Shown here in pieces: positions 32,021 to 42,097 of a stretch of 43,286 bases of DNA; position 1 is the stretch's first letter, and each line of letters begins with the position of its first letter. Origin of the DNA: Pseudomonas sp. Its GTDB lineage: Bacteria > Pseudomonadota > Gammaproteobacteria > Pseudomonadales > Pseudomonadaceae. Made by a program: the position numbers and the translations under genes. Under the pieces are notes generated by a model that worked only from the letters and a program-made list of their open reading frames with translations, was not told the origin of the DNA and made no database searches. The DNA lies in assembly GCA_044240245.1 (NCBI GenBank), contig JBIHZW010000001.1, positions 1 to 43,286 of the forward strand, written 5' to 3'.

Positions 32021-32036
32021 CGCAACTGCCATGCCA
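32021..32036 (-). promoter_or_regulatory. sigma54 promoter of the BON operon
   Basis: Minus strand reads TGGCAT-GGCAG-TTGCG, close to the TGGCAC-N5-TTGC consensus. Confidence 0.8.
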
Positions 32037-32064
32037 GCTTTGTTTATCGATATAAATCTATAAA

Positions 32065-32077
32065 TATCAATAACTTA
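32065..32077 (+). promoter_or_regulatory. IHF binding site
   Basis: TATCAATAACTTA matches WATCAANNNNTTR exactly, has an AT-rich flank, and lies between the sigma54 promoter and the candidate enhancers. Confidence 0.7.
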
Positions 32078-32207
32078 AAACAATTCACGAAAGTGCCAAG
32101 CTTGCAGCTTGCATGATCGGCGCAGAACGGCCGTGCAACTTGCACGACGCGCCGCGGACTAACCCTGTGCACGCAATGACTGCGTGCGGGATAAGAAGGA
32201 GATGGCT

Positions 32208-33560
32208 ATGCACACAAGCACGGAAGAACACAGCCTTGGGCGCATTTTGCTGGTGGATGACGAAACCGCCATCCTGCGCACCTTCCGCTATTGCCTGGAA
32301 GATCAGGGTTATCAGGTGAGTACCGCGACCAGCGCGGCACAGGCCGATGCTCTGCTGCTACGCCAGGTTTTCGATCTGTGTTTTCTCGACCTGCGCCTGG
32401 GCGCGGACGATGGCCTGGACGTGCTGGCGCAGATGCGCCTGCAGGCACCCTGGATGCGTGTAGTGATCATCACCGCGCACTCGGCGGTGGACACTGCAGT
32501 GGATGCCATTCAGGCCGGCGCTGCGGATTATCTGGTCAAACCCTGCAGCCCGGAGCAACTGCGCCTGGCCGCCGCCAAACAGCTGGAAGCGCGCCAACTG
32601 GTCGAGCGCCTGGAACGCCTGGAAGGCTATGTGCGCAAGCCCGGTGATGGCCTCGACTCGCAGAGCCCGACGCTGATGGCGGTGCTGCAGACGGCCAAGC
32701 AGGTGGCCGACACCGACGCCAACATCCTGATTCTCGGCGAGTCCGGCACCGGCAAGGGCGAGCTGGCGCAGGCCATTCACCGCTGGAGCAAGCGCGCGAA
32801 GAAGTCCTGCATCACCATCAACTGCCCGTCGCTGAGCGCCGAGCTGATGGAGAGCGAGCTGTTCGGGCATAACCGCGGGGCCTTTACCGGCGCCAGCGAA
32901 AGCACCCTGGGGCGGGTCAACCAGGCCGATGGCGGCAGCCTGTTCCTCGATGAGATCGGCGACTTCCCCCTGGCCCTGCAGCCCAAACTGCTGCGTTTTA
33001 TTCAGGACAAACAATACGAGCGCATCGGCGACCCGGTGACCCGCCAGGCCGATGTGCGGATTCTCGCGGCAACCAACCTCAACCTGGATGAAATGGTCCA
33101 GCAAGGGCGCTTCCGCGAGGACCTGCTGTATCGCCTCAACGTCATCACCCTGACCCTGCCGCCGTTGCGCGAGCGCCGCGAGGATATCCTCGACCTGGCC
33201 GAGCGCTTTCTGGCGCGCTTTGTCGTCGAGTACGCGCGACCGGCACGCAACTTCAGCGAGGAAGCGCGCGAGGCGCTGCTGACTTACGCCTGGCCGGGCA
33301 ATATCCGCGAACTGCGCAACGTGATCGAACGCGCGAGCATTATCTGCAGCGAAGCACTGGTGCAGGTCAGTCACCTGGGGCTGAACGCCCAGGCCAGCCA
33401 ATGTGCGCCGCAGATCGGTGACCAGCTGAGCCTGGAGGCCCTGGAAAAAGCCCATATCAGCGCCGTGATGGCCAACAGCGAAAGCCTCGACCAGGCGGCG
33501 AAAACCCTCGGCATCGATGCCTCGACGCTGTATCGCAAGCGCAAGCAGCTCAGCCTGTGA
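32208..33560 (+). CDS. algB: NtrC-type sigma54 response regulator AlgB
   Basis: Receiver motifs ILLVDDE and FLDLRL; AAA+ motifs GESGTGK and ESELFGHNRGAFTGA; Fis HTH LGIDASTLYRKRK; paired with kinB. AAGGAG RBS. Confidence 0.92.
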   Translation: MHTSTEEHSLGRILLVDDETAILRTFRYCLEDQGYQVSTATSAAQADALLLRQVFDLCFLDLRLGADDGLDVLAQMRLQAPWMRVVIITAHSAVDTAVDAIQAGAADYLVKPCSPEQLRLAAAKQLEARQLVERLERLEGYVRKPGDGLDSQSPTLMAVLQTAKQVADTDANILILGESGTGKGELAQAIHRWSKRAKKSCITINCPSLSAELMESELFGHNRGAFTGASESTLGRVNQADGGSLFLDEIGDFPLALQPKLLRFIQDKQYERIGDPVTRQADVRILAATNLNLDEMVQQGRFREDLLYRLNVITLTLPPLRERREDILDLAERFLARFVVEYARPARNFSEEAREALLTYAWPGNIRELRNVIERASIICSEALVQVSHLGLNAQASQCAPQIGDQLSLEALEKAHISAVMANSESLDQAAKTLGIDASTLYRKRKQLSL

Positions 33561-35332
33561 AGCTGCGCAGCCGGCTGTTTATCAGCAGCAGCGCGCTGCT
33601 GACCGTGGCCATAGTCGGGCTACTGCTGGGGATGTTCAGCGTGCTGCAGCTGACCCAGGTGCAGAGCCAGGCGATGACCCGCAATCTGCAGATCATCGAT
33701 GCCAGCCTGGGCCTGCGGCAGGAGCTGGGCAAGCAGGTGATTCTGCTGCTCGCCGAAGACCTCGACCGCGAGGCCCTGAAAGTCTCCGATCAGCAGTTCA
33801 AGCTCTGGTTGCAGCGCGCCACTGAGAGCGCCACCGATGACAGCGACCGCCAGGCGATTGCCGAAATCGAGCGCGCCTACGGCAATTTCGATGACCTGCT
33901 GGCCAAACCGCTGACCGTACGCCGCGAGCTGCTCAGCAATGACAGCTTCGGCCGCGCCATCGAGGCCCTGCGGGACCGCATCAACGCGGTGCAAACGCGT
34001 TACGTCGACGCCGCAGCGCTTGAAGAAACCCGCGCACGAGAGCGCGCGTGGCTGATCGCCGGCCTGCTCGGGCTGATCTGCATGGCGGTGCTGGTGATCG
34101 GTTTTGTCACCGCGCACAACATCGCCCAACGCTTCGGCCGGCCCATTGAGGCGCTGGCGCGCGCCGCCGACCAGATCGGCAAGGGCGATTTCCAGGTCAC
34201 TCTACCGCTGACCCCGGTGGCGGAAATGTCCGCCCTGAGCCAGCGTTTCGGCCTGATGGCCGAGGCCCTGCGCGAGTTCAAGAACAGTGATGTCGAGGCG
34301 CTGCAGGCCGGCCAGCAACGCCTGCAGGCGGTACTCGACAGCATTGACGACGGCCTGCTGATCTTCGATTGCGCCGCGCGCATCGAGCACATCAACCCGG
34401 TGGCGCAGCGCCAGCTGAACTGGGGTGACGAGCAGCTTGGGCAGAAACTGGACGTGGCCATGCAACGTCCCGACCTGGCGGAACAGCTGCACAAGGTGCT
34501 GCAAGGCGAAAGCCTGGACGAGGTGCTGGCTGATGTGCAGACCGAGGTCGACGGCGAGCAGCGTGTGCTGGCCTACAGCCTGTCCGGCGTTCACCACAGC
34601 GAAGGGCGGTTTATGTGCGCGGTGATGGTGCTGCGCGATGTCACCGAACAGCGCGCCTTCGAACGTGTGCGCAGCGAGTTCGTGCTGCGCGCCTCGCATG
34701 AGCTGCGCACACCGGTCACTGGCATGCTGATGGCGTTCTCGCTGCTGCAGGAGCGTCTGCAGTTCAGCGCCGAAACCCGCGAGGCCGATCTGCTGAATAC
34801 CGTGGATGAGGAAATGCACCGCCTGCTGCGACTGATCAACGATTTGCTGAATTTTTCGCGCTACCAGAATGGCCTGCAGACCCTGGAACTCTCCGCCTGC
34901 GCCCTGGGCCCGCTGCTGCAACAGACCCAACAGCGCTTCAACGCCCAGGCCGCCGAGCTGCAGATCAGCCTGGCCTGCGAGGTGCACGGTGAACTACCCG
35001 AGGTGCAGATCGACCCACTGCAGATCGAGCGGGTGCTCGACAACCTGATCGGCAACGCCCTGCGCCACAGCCACCCCGGTGGGCATATCCGCCTGCAGGC
35101 ACGGCAGCAGGATGATCGGGTGGTACTCAGCGTAGAAGACAACGGCGAAGGCATTCCCTATCGCCAGCAGACGCGGATTTTCGAGCCCTTCGTCCAGGTC
35201 AGCCGCAAGAAAGGCGGCGCCGGTCTGGGCCTGGCGCTGTGCAAGGAGATCGTCCAGCTGCACGGCGGGCAGATCGGCGTGCACTCACGTGCCGGCCAGG
35301 GTGCGCAGTTCTATGTGGCGCTGCCGATCTAG
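33557..35332 (+). CDS. kinB: Sensor histidine kinase KinB
   Basis: Two TM helices around a periplasmic domain; HAMP; PAS; H-box RASHELRTP; N, G1 and G2 boxes; GTGA overlap with algB. Confidence 0.92.
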   Translation: MKLRSRLFISSSALLTVAIVGLLLGMFSVLQLTQVQSQAMTRNLQIIDASLGLRQELGKQVILLLAEDLDREALKVSDQQFKLWLQRATESATDDSDRQAIAEIERAYGNFDDLLAKPLTVRRELLSNDSFGRAIEALRDRINAVQTRYVDAAALEETRARERAWLIAGLLGLICMAVLVIGFVTAHNIAQRFGRPIEALARAADQIGKGDFQVTLPLTPVAEMSALSQRFGLMAEALREFKNSDVEALQAGQQRLQAVLDSIDDGLLIFDCAARIEHINPVAQRQLNWGDEQLGQKLDVAMQRPDLAEQLHKVLQGESLDEVLADVQTEVDGEQRVLAYSLSGVHHSEGRFMCAVMVLRDVTEQRAFERVRSEFVLRASHELRTPVTGMLMAFSLLQERLQFSAETREADLLNTVDEEMHRLLRLINDLLNFSRYQNGLQTLELSACALGPLLQQTQQRFNAQAAELQISLACEVHGELPEVQIDPLQIERVLDNLIGNALRHSHPGGHIRLQARQQDDRVVLSVEDNGEGIPYRQQTRIFEPFVQVSRKKGGAGLGLALCKEIVQLHGGQIGVHSRAGQGAQFYVALPI

Positions 35333-35358
35333 CCTCGGCAGCGTCAAATAGCAGGGCC

Positions 35359-36894
35359 TCAGACGTGGCTGGCTGCAGCGGAAGTAGCACTGCGCGGTCT
35401 CGCCGCTGCCGGCGCATGTTCGTCCTCAAGCACAATCGGCACTTCCTTACCGTCAGAGTCGAACAGCTTACCGTCCTTGAAGTAATCGCCCTCACTCAAG
35501 CCGGCCACATCCTGATAGCGCAGGGTGCGGTCGCTGGCAGCGACGAATACCGATTGCTGATCCGAGTTGCCGGTCTTGACGTGGTTGAACACTAGGTTGA
35601 GCAGAATCGCCATGATCGCTGCCGAGCTGATGCCCGAGTGGAAAATGGTTTCGAACCAGGCGGGGAAGTGGTGATAGAAGGTCGGTGCGGCAATCGGGAT
35701 CATGCCGAAGCCGATTGATGTGGCAACGATAATCAGGTTCATGTTGTTGCGGTAATCGACCTTGGACAAAGTGCGAATACCGCTGGCCGCCACAGTGCCG
35801 AACAGCACCACACCGGCACCACCCAGCACCGCCGTTGGCACGGCTGCCACCAGACGACCCATCACCGGCAGCAGACCGAGGGTCACCAAAATCAGCCCGG
35901 CCGAGGCCACCACATAACGGCTCTTCACCCCGGTGACGGCAACCAGGCCGACGTTCTGGGCGAAGGCGCTTTGGGTGAACGAGCCGAAAATCGGCGCAAA
36001 TACGCTGGAGATCATGTCCGCGCGCAGGCCATTGCCCAGGCGCTTGGAGTCGACCTTGGTTTCGATGATGTCACCGACCGCGAGGATGTCCGCCGAGGTT
36101 TCCACCAGGGTGACGATGATCACGATCAGCATCGAAATGATGGCCGCGACATGGAAGGTCGGCATACCGAAATGGAACGGGCTGGGCAGCGCCACCATCG
36201 GCCCCTCAGCCACCTTGGAAAAATCCGCCATGCCCAGGGCAACGGCCACCAGGGTGCCGATGATCATGGCCAGCAGGATCGACAGGCGCGAGATGCTCGA
36301 ACTGCCCAGCTTGCTCAACAGCAGCACAGTCACCAGGGTCAACGCGGCCAGGCCGATATTGGCCATGCTGCCAAAATCCGCCGCCTCACTGTTGCCACCC
36401 ATGGCCCAGCGCGCCGCCACCGGCATCAGGGTCAGACCGATGATGGTGATGACAATGCCGTTGACCAGCGGGGGAAAGAACTTGGTAATCCGCGAAAACA
36501 CCGGGGTTATCAACAGCCCGATAATTGAAGCGGCAATCACAGCACCGAACACTGCCGGAAGACCGCCGGCACCATCGCTGCCGATGATCGCAATCATGGT
36601 TGCCACGCCCGCAAAAGACACGCCCTGCACCAGCGGCAATTGCGAGCCGAAGAACGGCAAACCAAGGGTTTGCAACAGGGTTGCCAGGCCGCCGGCAAAC
36701 AGCGAGGCGGCGATCAGCAGGCCGATATCCGCCGGTGACAATCCCGCCGCCTGGCCAATGATCAGGGGCACCGCCACGATACCGCCATACATGGTCAGCA
36801 CATGCTGCAGACCATAGGCGAGGTTGGCACCGATACCGAGGTTTTCGTCTTCCGGGCGCTGCGCGGACGACGGCGTAACAGGTGAAATCGTCAT
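35359..36894 (-). CDS. NCS2 (NAT) family xanthine/uric acid permease
   Basis: GLQHVLTMY (TM1 QH) and NAT signature FAQNVGLVAVTGVKSR. Confidence 0.9.
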   Translation of the reverse strand: MTISPVTPSSAQRPEDENLGIGANLAYGLQHVLTMYGGIVAVPLIIGQAAGLSPADIGLLIAASLFAGGLATLLQTLGLPFFGSQLPLVQGVSFAGVATMIAIIGSDGAGGLPAVFGAVIAASIIGLLITPVFSRITKFFPPLVNGIVITIIGLTLMPVAARWAMGGNSEAADFGSMANIGLAALTLVTVLLLSKLGSSSISRLSILLAMIIGTLVAVALGMADFSKVAEGPMVALPSPFHFGMPTFHVAAIISMLIVIIVTLVETSADILAVGDIIETKVDSKRLGNGLRADMISSVFAPIFGSFTQSAFAQNVGLVAVTGVKSRYVVASAGLILVTLGLLPVMGRLVAAVPTAVLGGAGVVLFGTVAASGIRTLSKVDYRNNMNLIIVATSIGFGMIPIAAPTFYHHFPAWFETIFHSGISSAAIMAILLNLVFNHVKTGNSDQQSVFVAASDRTLRYQDVAGLSEGDYFKDGKLFDSDGKEVPIVLEDEHAPAAARPRSATSAAASHV

Positions 36895-37038
36895 GCTGAG
36901 TTACTCGCTGTTGTTCTTGTACGAGCAATGTAGACAAACAAAAAGCTTCTTGGCTACAACTTTGTATACATTTTCAGATAAAAGAGCATCGCCAGAACGA
37001 TTTCTGAATGAGCAGTCTACAAACGAACGCGTACACAT

Positions 37039-37073
37039 AAAAAACCGCCGAAACAGACTCTGTTCCGGCGGTT
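37039..37073 (-). terminator. Rho-independent terminator of marC-ampDh2
   Basis: AACCGCCG...CGGCGGTT stem followed by a T-run on the minus strand. Confidence 0.75.
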
Positions 37074-37102
37074 GTTTATCAGCAGCGCTCCACGCCAGGC
37101 GT

Positions 37103-37879
37103 TTAGCGCATTTTGGCTAGCACCACCAGTAGCGCCGCAGTCTCGGCGTCCGGTTCACCGTCATAGCGGGCCGGGCGGTATTTCATCTGCAGGGCGGCGA
37201 TCACGTTGCGCGTGGCCTGGTCCAGCTCGCCATGGCTAGGCACCACGTAGCCCTGACGCGCCAGTTGCTCCTGGAACCACTGCACGCTCGGCAGGCTGGC
37301 GCTGAACAACGCCTGCTCGCGCGCCACCTCGGCGGCATCCGGCCAGGCCATCAGGCCAGCATCGGCCAAGCGCTTCCAGGGGAACAGCGGGCCGGGGTCG
37401 ACCTTGCGCTGCGGAGCGACATCACTGTGCGCCAGGATGCTGCCGAGCGGCAGCTGGTGGCGCTGCATGATGTCCTTGAGCAGCACGATCAGCGCATCGA
37501 TCTGCTCCGGCGCAAAGGGCTGCCAGTAGCGGCCGTTGGGGGTGTCGTAGAAGCCCTGATTGACCAGCTCGATACCAATCGAAGTGCCATTGAGCCAGGT
37601 GCGCCCCTGCCACTGGCTGTCGCCGGCATGCCAGGCGCGGCGGTTTTCATCGACCAGGCGGTAGATGGTCGCGGGGGCTTCGCCGATCAGGTAATGGCTG
37701 CTCACCTCGGTCTCGGTCAGCAGTTGCAGCGAGCGCGCCATATCGGTGGAGGTGTAGTGCAGCACGATGTACTGCACGCGGCTGTTCTGTCCGCTGGCGG
37801 TATGGCTGTCGTCGATGCGTAAACCACTGCTGCAACCGGCCAGCAACAAAACCAGAAAACTTAGACACAGTACTTTCAT
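37103..37879 (-). CDS. ampDh2: N-acetylmuramoyl-L-alanine amidase lipoprotein (AmiD/AmpDh2-like)
   Basis: Lipobox LLAGC; motifs IVLHYT, VSSHYLI, AWHAG, SIGIELVN and HSDVAPQRKVDPGP; located near kinB. Confidence 0.85.
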   Translation of the reverse strand: MKVLCLSFLVLLLAGCSSGLRIDDSHTASGQNSRVQYIVLHYTSTDMARSLQLLTETEVSSHYLIGEAPATIYRLVDENRRAWHAGDSQWQGRTWLNGTSIGIELVNQGFYDTPNGRYWQPFAPEQIDALIVLLKDIMQRHQLPLGSILAHSDVAPQRKVDPGPLFPWKRLADAGLMAWPDAAEVAREQALFSASLPSVQWFQEQLARQGYVVPSHGELDQATRNVIAALQMKYRPARYDGEPDAETAALLVVLAKMR

Positions 37880-38469
37880 GGGCTGATATGCAACACGCTT
37901 TGCAGGTTATCCAGCAGCATGTCGACGCTGAGCATGATCAACAGCATGCCCATCAGCCGCTCCACTGCGGTCAACCCGCGAGGTCCGAGAAAACGCTGCA
38001 GCAACGAGGCCTGCAACAGAATAAATGCGGTCGCCGCCCAGGCCAGCAACACGGCAGCGTAGAGTTCCCAGAGCGGCCCGTCGTGGGTATTGCGCAGGGT
38101 CATCAATACCGCGAGAGCGGAAGGCCCGGCCACCGCCGGGGTGGCCAATGGCACCAGCATCGGCTCGCCATCCGGCACATCACCCAACACCCCTTGCGGG
38201 CCGGGGAAGATCAGGCGCATGGCGATCACGAACAGGATGATACCGCCGGCAATCGCGGTTGCCTCCCGCGACAGGCCCAGAGCGCTGAGCACTTTGTCAC
38301 CAAAGGTAAGAAACAGTAGCAAAAGCGCCAGGGCAAACACCAGCTCACGCGCGGCGACCCACAGGCGGCGCTTGGCCGGCACGTTCTTCAGCGCGGCGAT
38401 AAAGATGGCGATATTGCCGAAGGGGTCAGTGACCAGAAAGATCAACGCGGCGATGCCGAAAATTTCCAT
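37876..38469 (-). CDS. MarC family membrane protein
   Basis: Motifs VTDPFGN, IAGGIILF, VPLATPAVAGP and ERLMGMLL. Confidence 0.9.
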   Translation of the reverse strand: MEIFGIAALIFLVTDPFGNIAIFIAALKNVPAKRRLWVAARELVFALALLLLFLTFGDKVLSALGLSREATAIAGGIILFVIAMRLIFPGPQGVLGDVPDGEPMLVPLATPAVAGPSALAVLMTLRNTHDGPLWELYAAVLLAWAATAFILLQASLLQRFLGPRGLTAVERLMGMLLIMLSVDMLLDNLQSVLHISP

Positions 38470-38650
38470 AGCTACTCCTCAACAGATCGGCAGAGTTTAG
38501 TGTCTATCGACATAGAAAACGCCTTTGATCTGGCAGAAACGCCACGCCGGTCTGTTGCCTGGGCAAGGTGCGCCGGACGCTGCTAGACTAGAAATTTGTA
38601 CAGACATGGATTTTTTGTACAGTTTTTGTATTGATTAGGAGATCAGCACA

Positions 38651-40069
38651 ATGCGCGCACTGCTGTGGTTCAAACAGGATCTACGCCTTGATGACCACCC
38701 CGCCCTGCAGGCGGGCCTGACGGCCGAATACCTGCTGCCGGTGTATGTGCTGGACCCGACACTGCTCCAGCTCAACGAATTTGGCATGCGCCGCATGGGC
38801 GTACACCGCGCGCGCTTTTTGCTGGAAAGCCTGGTGGCGCTGGAAGGTGAGTTGCGCCAGCGTGGCTCACACCTGCTGGTGGTTATCGGCTCGGCGGAAC
38901 AGGCAATTGCCCAGCTGGTTGCCCAGTTCAATCTGGACCAGGTGCTGACCCTGGAGGAAGTCGCCCCCGACGAACGCGCCCAGGTAGCCCGCGTAGCCCG
39001 GCGCCTCGGTGATATTCCTCTGCAACAGGCGCCGGCCAACAACCTGCTGCGCGCAGATGAACTGCCCTTCAGCATCGAGCAACTGCCGCAGGTGTTCAGC
39101 CGCTTCCGCAGCATGGTGGAAGAACGCCTGCAGGTGTTCCAGCCGCGGCATGCGCCGGATCGTCTGCCGGGGTTACCCGATGGCGCGCTGGCGCTGATGC
39201 AACCGCTGCCGACGTTGTCCCAATTGGGCCTGGGCGAGCCGCTTAGCGTACCGGCCAGCGCCTTTCCGTTCTCCGGTGGTGAACCCGCTGCACTGGGCCG
39301 GCTGCGTGACTACCTGTGGAAAACCCAGGGCGTGCGGCAGTACAAGGACACCCGCAACGGCATGATTGGCAGCGAATACTCATCGAAATTCTCGCCCTGG
39401 CTGGCCAACGGCAGCCTGTCCGCACGCCGCGTGGTGGCCGAATTGCGCCGTCACGAGGCGCAGTACAAACGCAACGACTCGACCCAGTGGCTGTGGGTAG
39501 AAATGCTCTGGCGTGATTTCTTCCGCTGGACCCTGATTCGCCATGGCAGCGCGCTATTCAAGGCGGGTGGCCTGAAGGCCACCGAACGCGCACCGCAGCA
39601 GCTGGATCAACGCTTTCAGGACTGGTCACGCGGGCGCACCGGCATGCCGCTGATCGACGCCAATATGCGCGAACTGGCCGCCACCGGCTTTATGTCCAAC
39701 CGCGGCCGACAGGTGGTCGCCAGCTACCTGATCAATGACCTGCAACAGGACTGGCGGCATGGCGCAGCCTGGTTCGAAGAGCATCTGATCGATTACGACC
39801 CGGCCAGCAACTGGGGCAACTGGGCTTACCTGGCGGGTGTGGGCAACGATCCACGGCATAACCGCGTATTCAATGCCCTGCGCCAGGCCCGTGAATACGA
39901 TCCCGACGCGCATTACGTCAGCCTTTGGCTACCGGAGCTGCGCGATGTGCCGCAGGCGCTACGGCATACCCCGTTCCTGCTGGCGGGCGGACATCTGCGC
40001 AGCCTCGGTTACCCGCAGCTGGACAGCATTCCGGAGAGCTGGAAACCCTATCTGCACGCAGTGGCCTGA
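38651..40069 (+). CDS. Cryptochrome DASH / photolyase family flavoprotein
   Basis: Motifs WFKQDLRLDDHPAL, YKDTRNGMIGSEYSSKFSPWLANG, MRELAATGFMSNRGRQVVAS and DYDPASNWGNWAYLAGVGNDPR (DASH-type). Confidence 0.92.
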   Translation: MRALLWFKQDLRLDDHPALQAGLTAEYLLPVYVLDPTLLQLNEFGMRRMGVHRARFLLESLVALEGELRQRGSHLLVVIGSAEQAIAQLVAQFNLDQVLTLEEVAPDERAQVARVARRLGDIPLQQAPANNLLRADELPFSIEQLPQVFSRFRSMVEERLQVFQPRHAPDRLPGLPDGALALMQPLPTLSQLGLGEPLSVPASAFPFSGGEPAALGRLRDYLWKTQGVRQYKDTRNGMIGSEYSSKFSPWLANGSLSARRVVAELRRHEAQYKRNDSTQWLWVEMLWRDFFRWTLIRHGSALFKAGGLKATERAPQQLDQRFQDWSRGRTGMPLIDANMRELAATGFMSNRGRQVVASYLINDLQQDWRHGAAWFEEHLIDYDPASNWGNWAYLAGVGNDPRHNRVFNALRQAREYDPDAHYVSLWLPELRDVPQALRHTPFLLAGGHLRSLGYPQLDSIPESWKPYLHAVA

Positions 40070-40075
40070 ATCGGC

Positions 40076-41938
40076 TTAGCTCAGCTCGACCCGATTACGC
40101 CCGCCGCTCTTGGCGCGGTACAGCGCCTGGTCGGCACGCTCGAACACCGTGTCGCTGCCTTCATCGCCGGTAAAGGCAGTCAGACCGGCCGACAGGGTGA
40201 TGGTCACGCGCTCACCACGAAAGTGGAACGGGCACTGCTCGACGCCATCGAGCAGGGTCTGCAGCAGCTGGTGACCGCCCTCCATGGGCGTCGAGGGAAT
40301 CAGCAGAACAAATTCCTCGCCACCGAAGCGGGCAATAAAGTCAGTCTTGCGCAGGCGCTTGGCCAGCTCGCCGGCAATGATCTTCAACACCTTGTCGCCG
40401 GCCAGGTGGCCGTAGCCATCATTGATCCGCTTGAAGTGATCGATATCCAGCACCGCCAGCAGCAACTCGCCGCCGTAGCGCTTCCAGCGCGCCATCTCCA
40501 GCTCCAGGCGCTCGCTCCAGCCGGCGCGATTGGGCAGACCGGTCAGCGGATCGATCAGGGCTTTTTGCCGCTGTTCTTCGAGGTGATCACGGAAGCTCTG
40601 CGCTTCCTGCTCCATATCGGCGACCTTCTGGGTCAGGCTTTGCAGGCGCTGCGCCACTTGTTCTTCATGGCCATCGCGATGCTTCTGATGCTCGCTGACT
40701 GTGCTGAGCAAACCCTCCAGGCGCGCTTCCAGGGATTGTTTGAGGGTTGGCAGATCGACCGCATCCTGCACGCTGGCCTGCAAGCCGCTGACCTGCTCGC
40801 GCAATTCCTGATTAAAGGTGCGCGCGCTTTCCACCGACTCGCTGTAGCCCTCATGAGCCTCGCTGAGGGTGGTGAGAAATGACGCCAGACGCTCGTTAAG
40901 CTGCTTCAGGTAGCTGGCAAACTCGCGCTGACCGCTGTCGGTAACGGCCAGCACCAGCACCGCCAGATCGTCCAGCACCGACACCAGCTCGTACCAGTTC
41001 AGGCCGCCCTGCACGCGCTGACGCAAAGCCTCGCCCTGGGGCTGATGGCGCTCCGGCAACTCCAGTTCATCAAGCAGGCCCATCAGGCTGTCGCCGATAT
41101 GCGGAGCGACGGCGCTATAACCCGGCTCAGGGATCTCTGGCAGGGCGTAGGCGGGATCGCCAGAGCCCTGGATTGGCGTAGATGCTTCAGGCGCCAGTGC
41201 GGCGCGGGGCACTGCTGCCGCCGCCGGCTGCGGCTCAGGTTCGGCGTTTGCTGTGGAAGAAGCCGCGAGCGCAGGCGTCTCTCTATTCGCCGTTACCGCG
41301 ACCTCAGCAGCCCGGGGCGGAGCTTCCGCTTGGGCGGCAGCAGGGCCGGACGCAGCAGGTTGCAGCATGTCGGCAGGAGCCGGCTCGCTGCCAGCTGGAT
41401 TGCCGCTCGCAGCCTCTTTACCGCCAAATAGCCGCTGCAGAAAACCCGGACGTGCCTGGCCAGGCTCAGCCTCAAGCGCAGCTAAGGCCTGTTGCTGCAG
41501 GCTGCTTAATTCACTGAGTAGCGCGGGCAGTTCACGCGGTTGGCTGGCACGTTCCTCGATGCGTTTGGCAAACTGCTTGAGCGCCTTGCGCACCTCGCGC
41601 GGCGGCTCCAGGGCGAGCAGTTGATCGGTCAGGCTGGTGACTCCGGAGATGTTCTGCTCGACGCGATCCTGGCGGCGCTTTTCCGAGTCCAGCACGGCCT
41701 TTTCCAGGCGCGGAATCAGCGCCGACAGGCCGGCGTCGATATCGTCGCGGCGCAGAATATCGCGCAGCTCCTGCATGCACTGATCGACCGACTTATCGCT
41801 GCCCTCTGCGGCCAGCGAGCTGCGCACCAAGCCGCGTCTTAGCAGGTCGAGTCGGGCATCCCAGCTGCGTTCGAGTTTCTCTTGCTGTTCCAGGCTTTCC
41901 AGGTACTTGCTTTTCCAGCGCTGGGCATCATCGGTCAT
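40076..41938 (-). CDS. GGDEF diguanylate cyclase with coiled-coil N-terminus (PA5487/DgcP-like)
   Basis: Motifs [28 protein letters not shown]-site RKTD and active site GGEEF; Pro/Ala-rich linker. Confidence 0.92.
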   Translation of the reverse strand: MTDDAQRWKSKYLESLEQQEKLERSWDARLDLLRRGLVRSSLAAEGSDKSVDQCMQELRDILRRDDIDAGLSALIPRLEKAVLDSEKRRQDRVEQNISGVTSLTDQLLALEPPREVRKALKQFAKRIEERASQPRELPALLSELSSLQQQALAALEAEPGQARPGFLQRLFGGKEAASGNPAGSEPAPADMLQPAASGPAAAQAEAPPRAAEVAVTANRETPALAASSTANAEPEPQPAAAAVPRAALAPEASTPIQGSGDPAYALPEIPEPGYSAVAPHIGDSLMGLLDELELPERHQPQGEALRQRVQGGLNWYELVSVLDDLAVLVLAVTDSGQREFASYLKQLNERLASFLTTLSEAHEGYSESVESARTFNQELREQVSGLQASVQDAVDLPTLKQSLEARLEGLLSTVSEHQKHRDGHEEQVAQRLQSLTQKVADMEQEAQSFRDHLEEQRQKALIDPLTGLPNRAGWSERLELEMARWKRYGGELLLAVLDIDHFKRINDGYGHLAGDKVLKIIAGELAKRLRKTDFIARFGGEEFVLLIPSTPMEGGHQLLQTLLDGVEQCPFHFRGERVTITLSAGLTAFTGDEGSDTVFERADQALYRAKSGGRNRVELS

Positions 41939-41955
41939 GGTTGCAGTCCAAACGT

Positions 41956-42097
41956 AGAAGCTGTTTTACGATCTCGCGAGCTAGAGTCCTGCAAGGCAAA
42001 AACAGGCGAGGAAGCGGATTTTACTGGTGTAAATGAGTATTCCGAGCCTGTTTTTAACGCAGCAGGGCCGACGCGCAGCAGATCATAAACAGGTTCT
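41956..42097. mobile_element. 142-bp MITE/ERIC-like inverted-repeat element, copy B
   Basis: Reverse complement of 6561-6702 with about 19 differences by hand alignment; ends are AGAAGCTGTTTTACGATCT ... AGATCATAAACAGGTTCT. Confidence 0.8.

Noticed and set aside
41130-41430. Low-complexity Pro/Ala stretch in the cyclase as a possible insertion or frameshift
   Set aside because: The frame is open throughout; it reads as a variable linker between helical domains.
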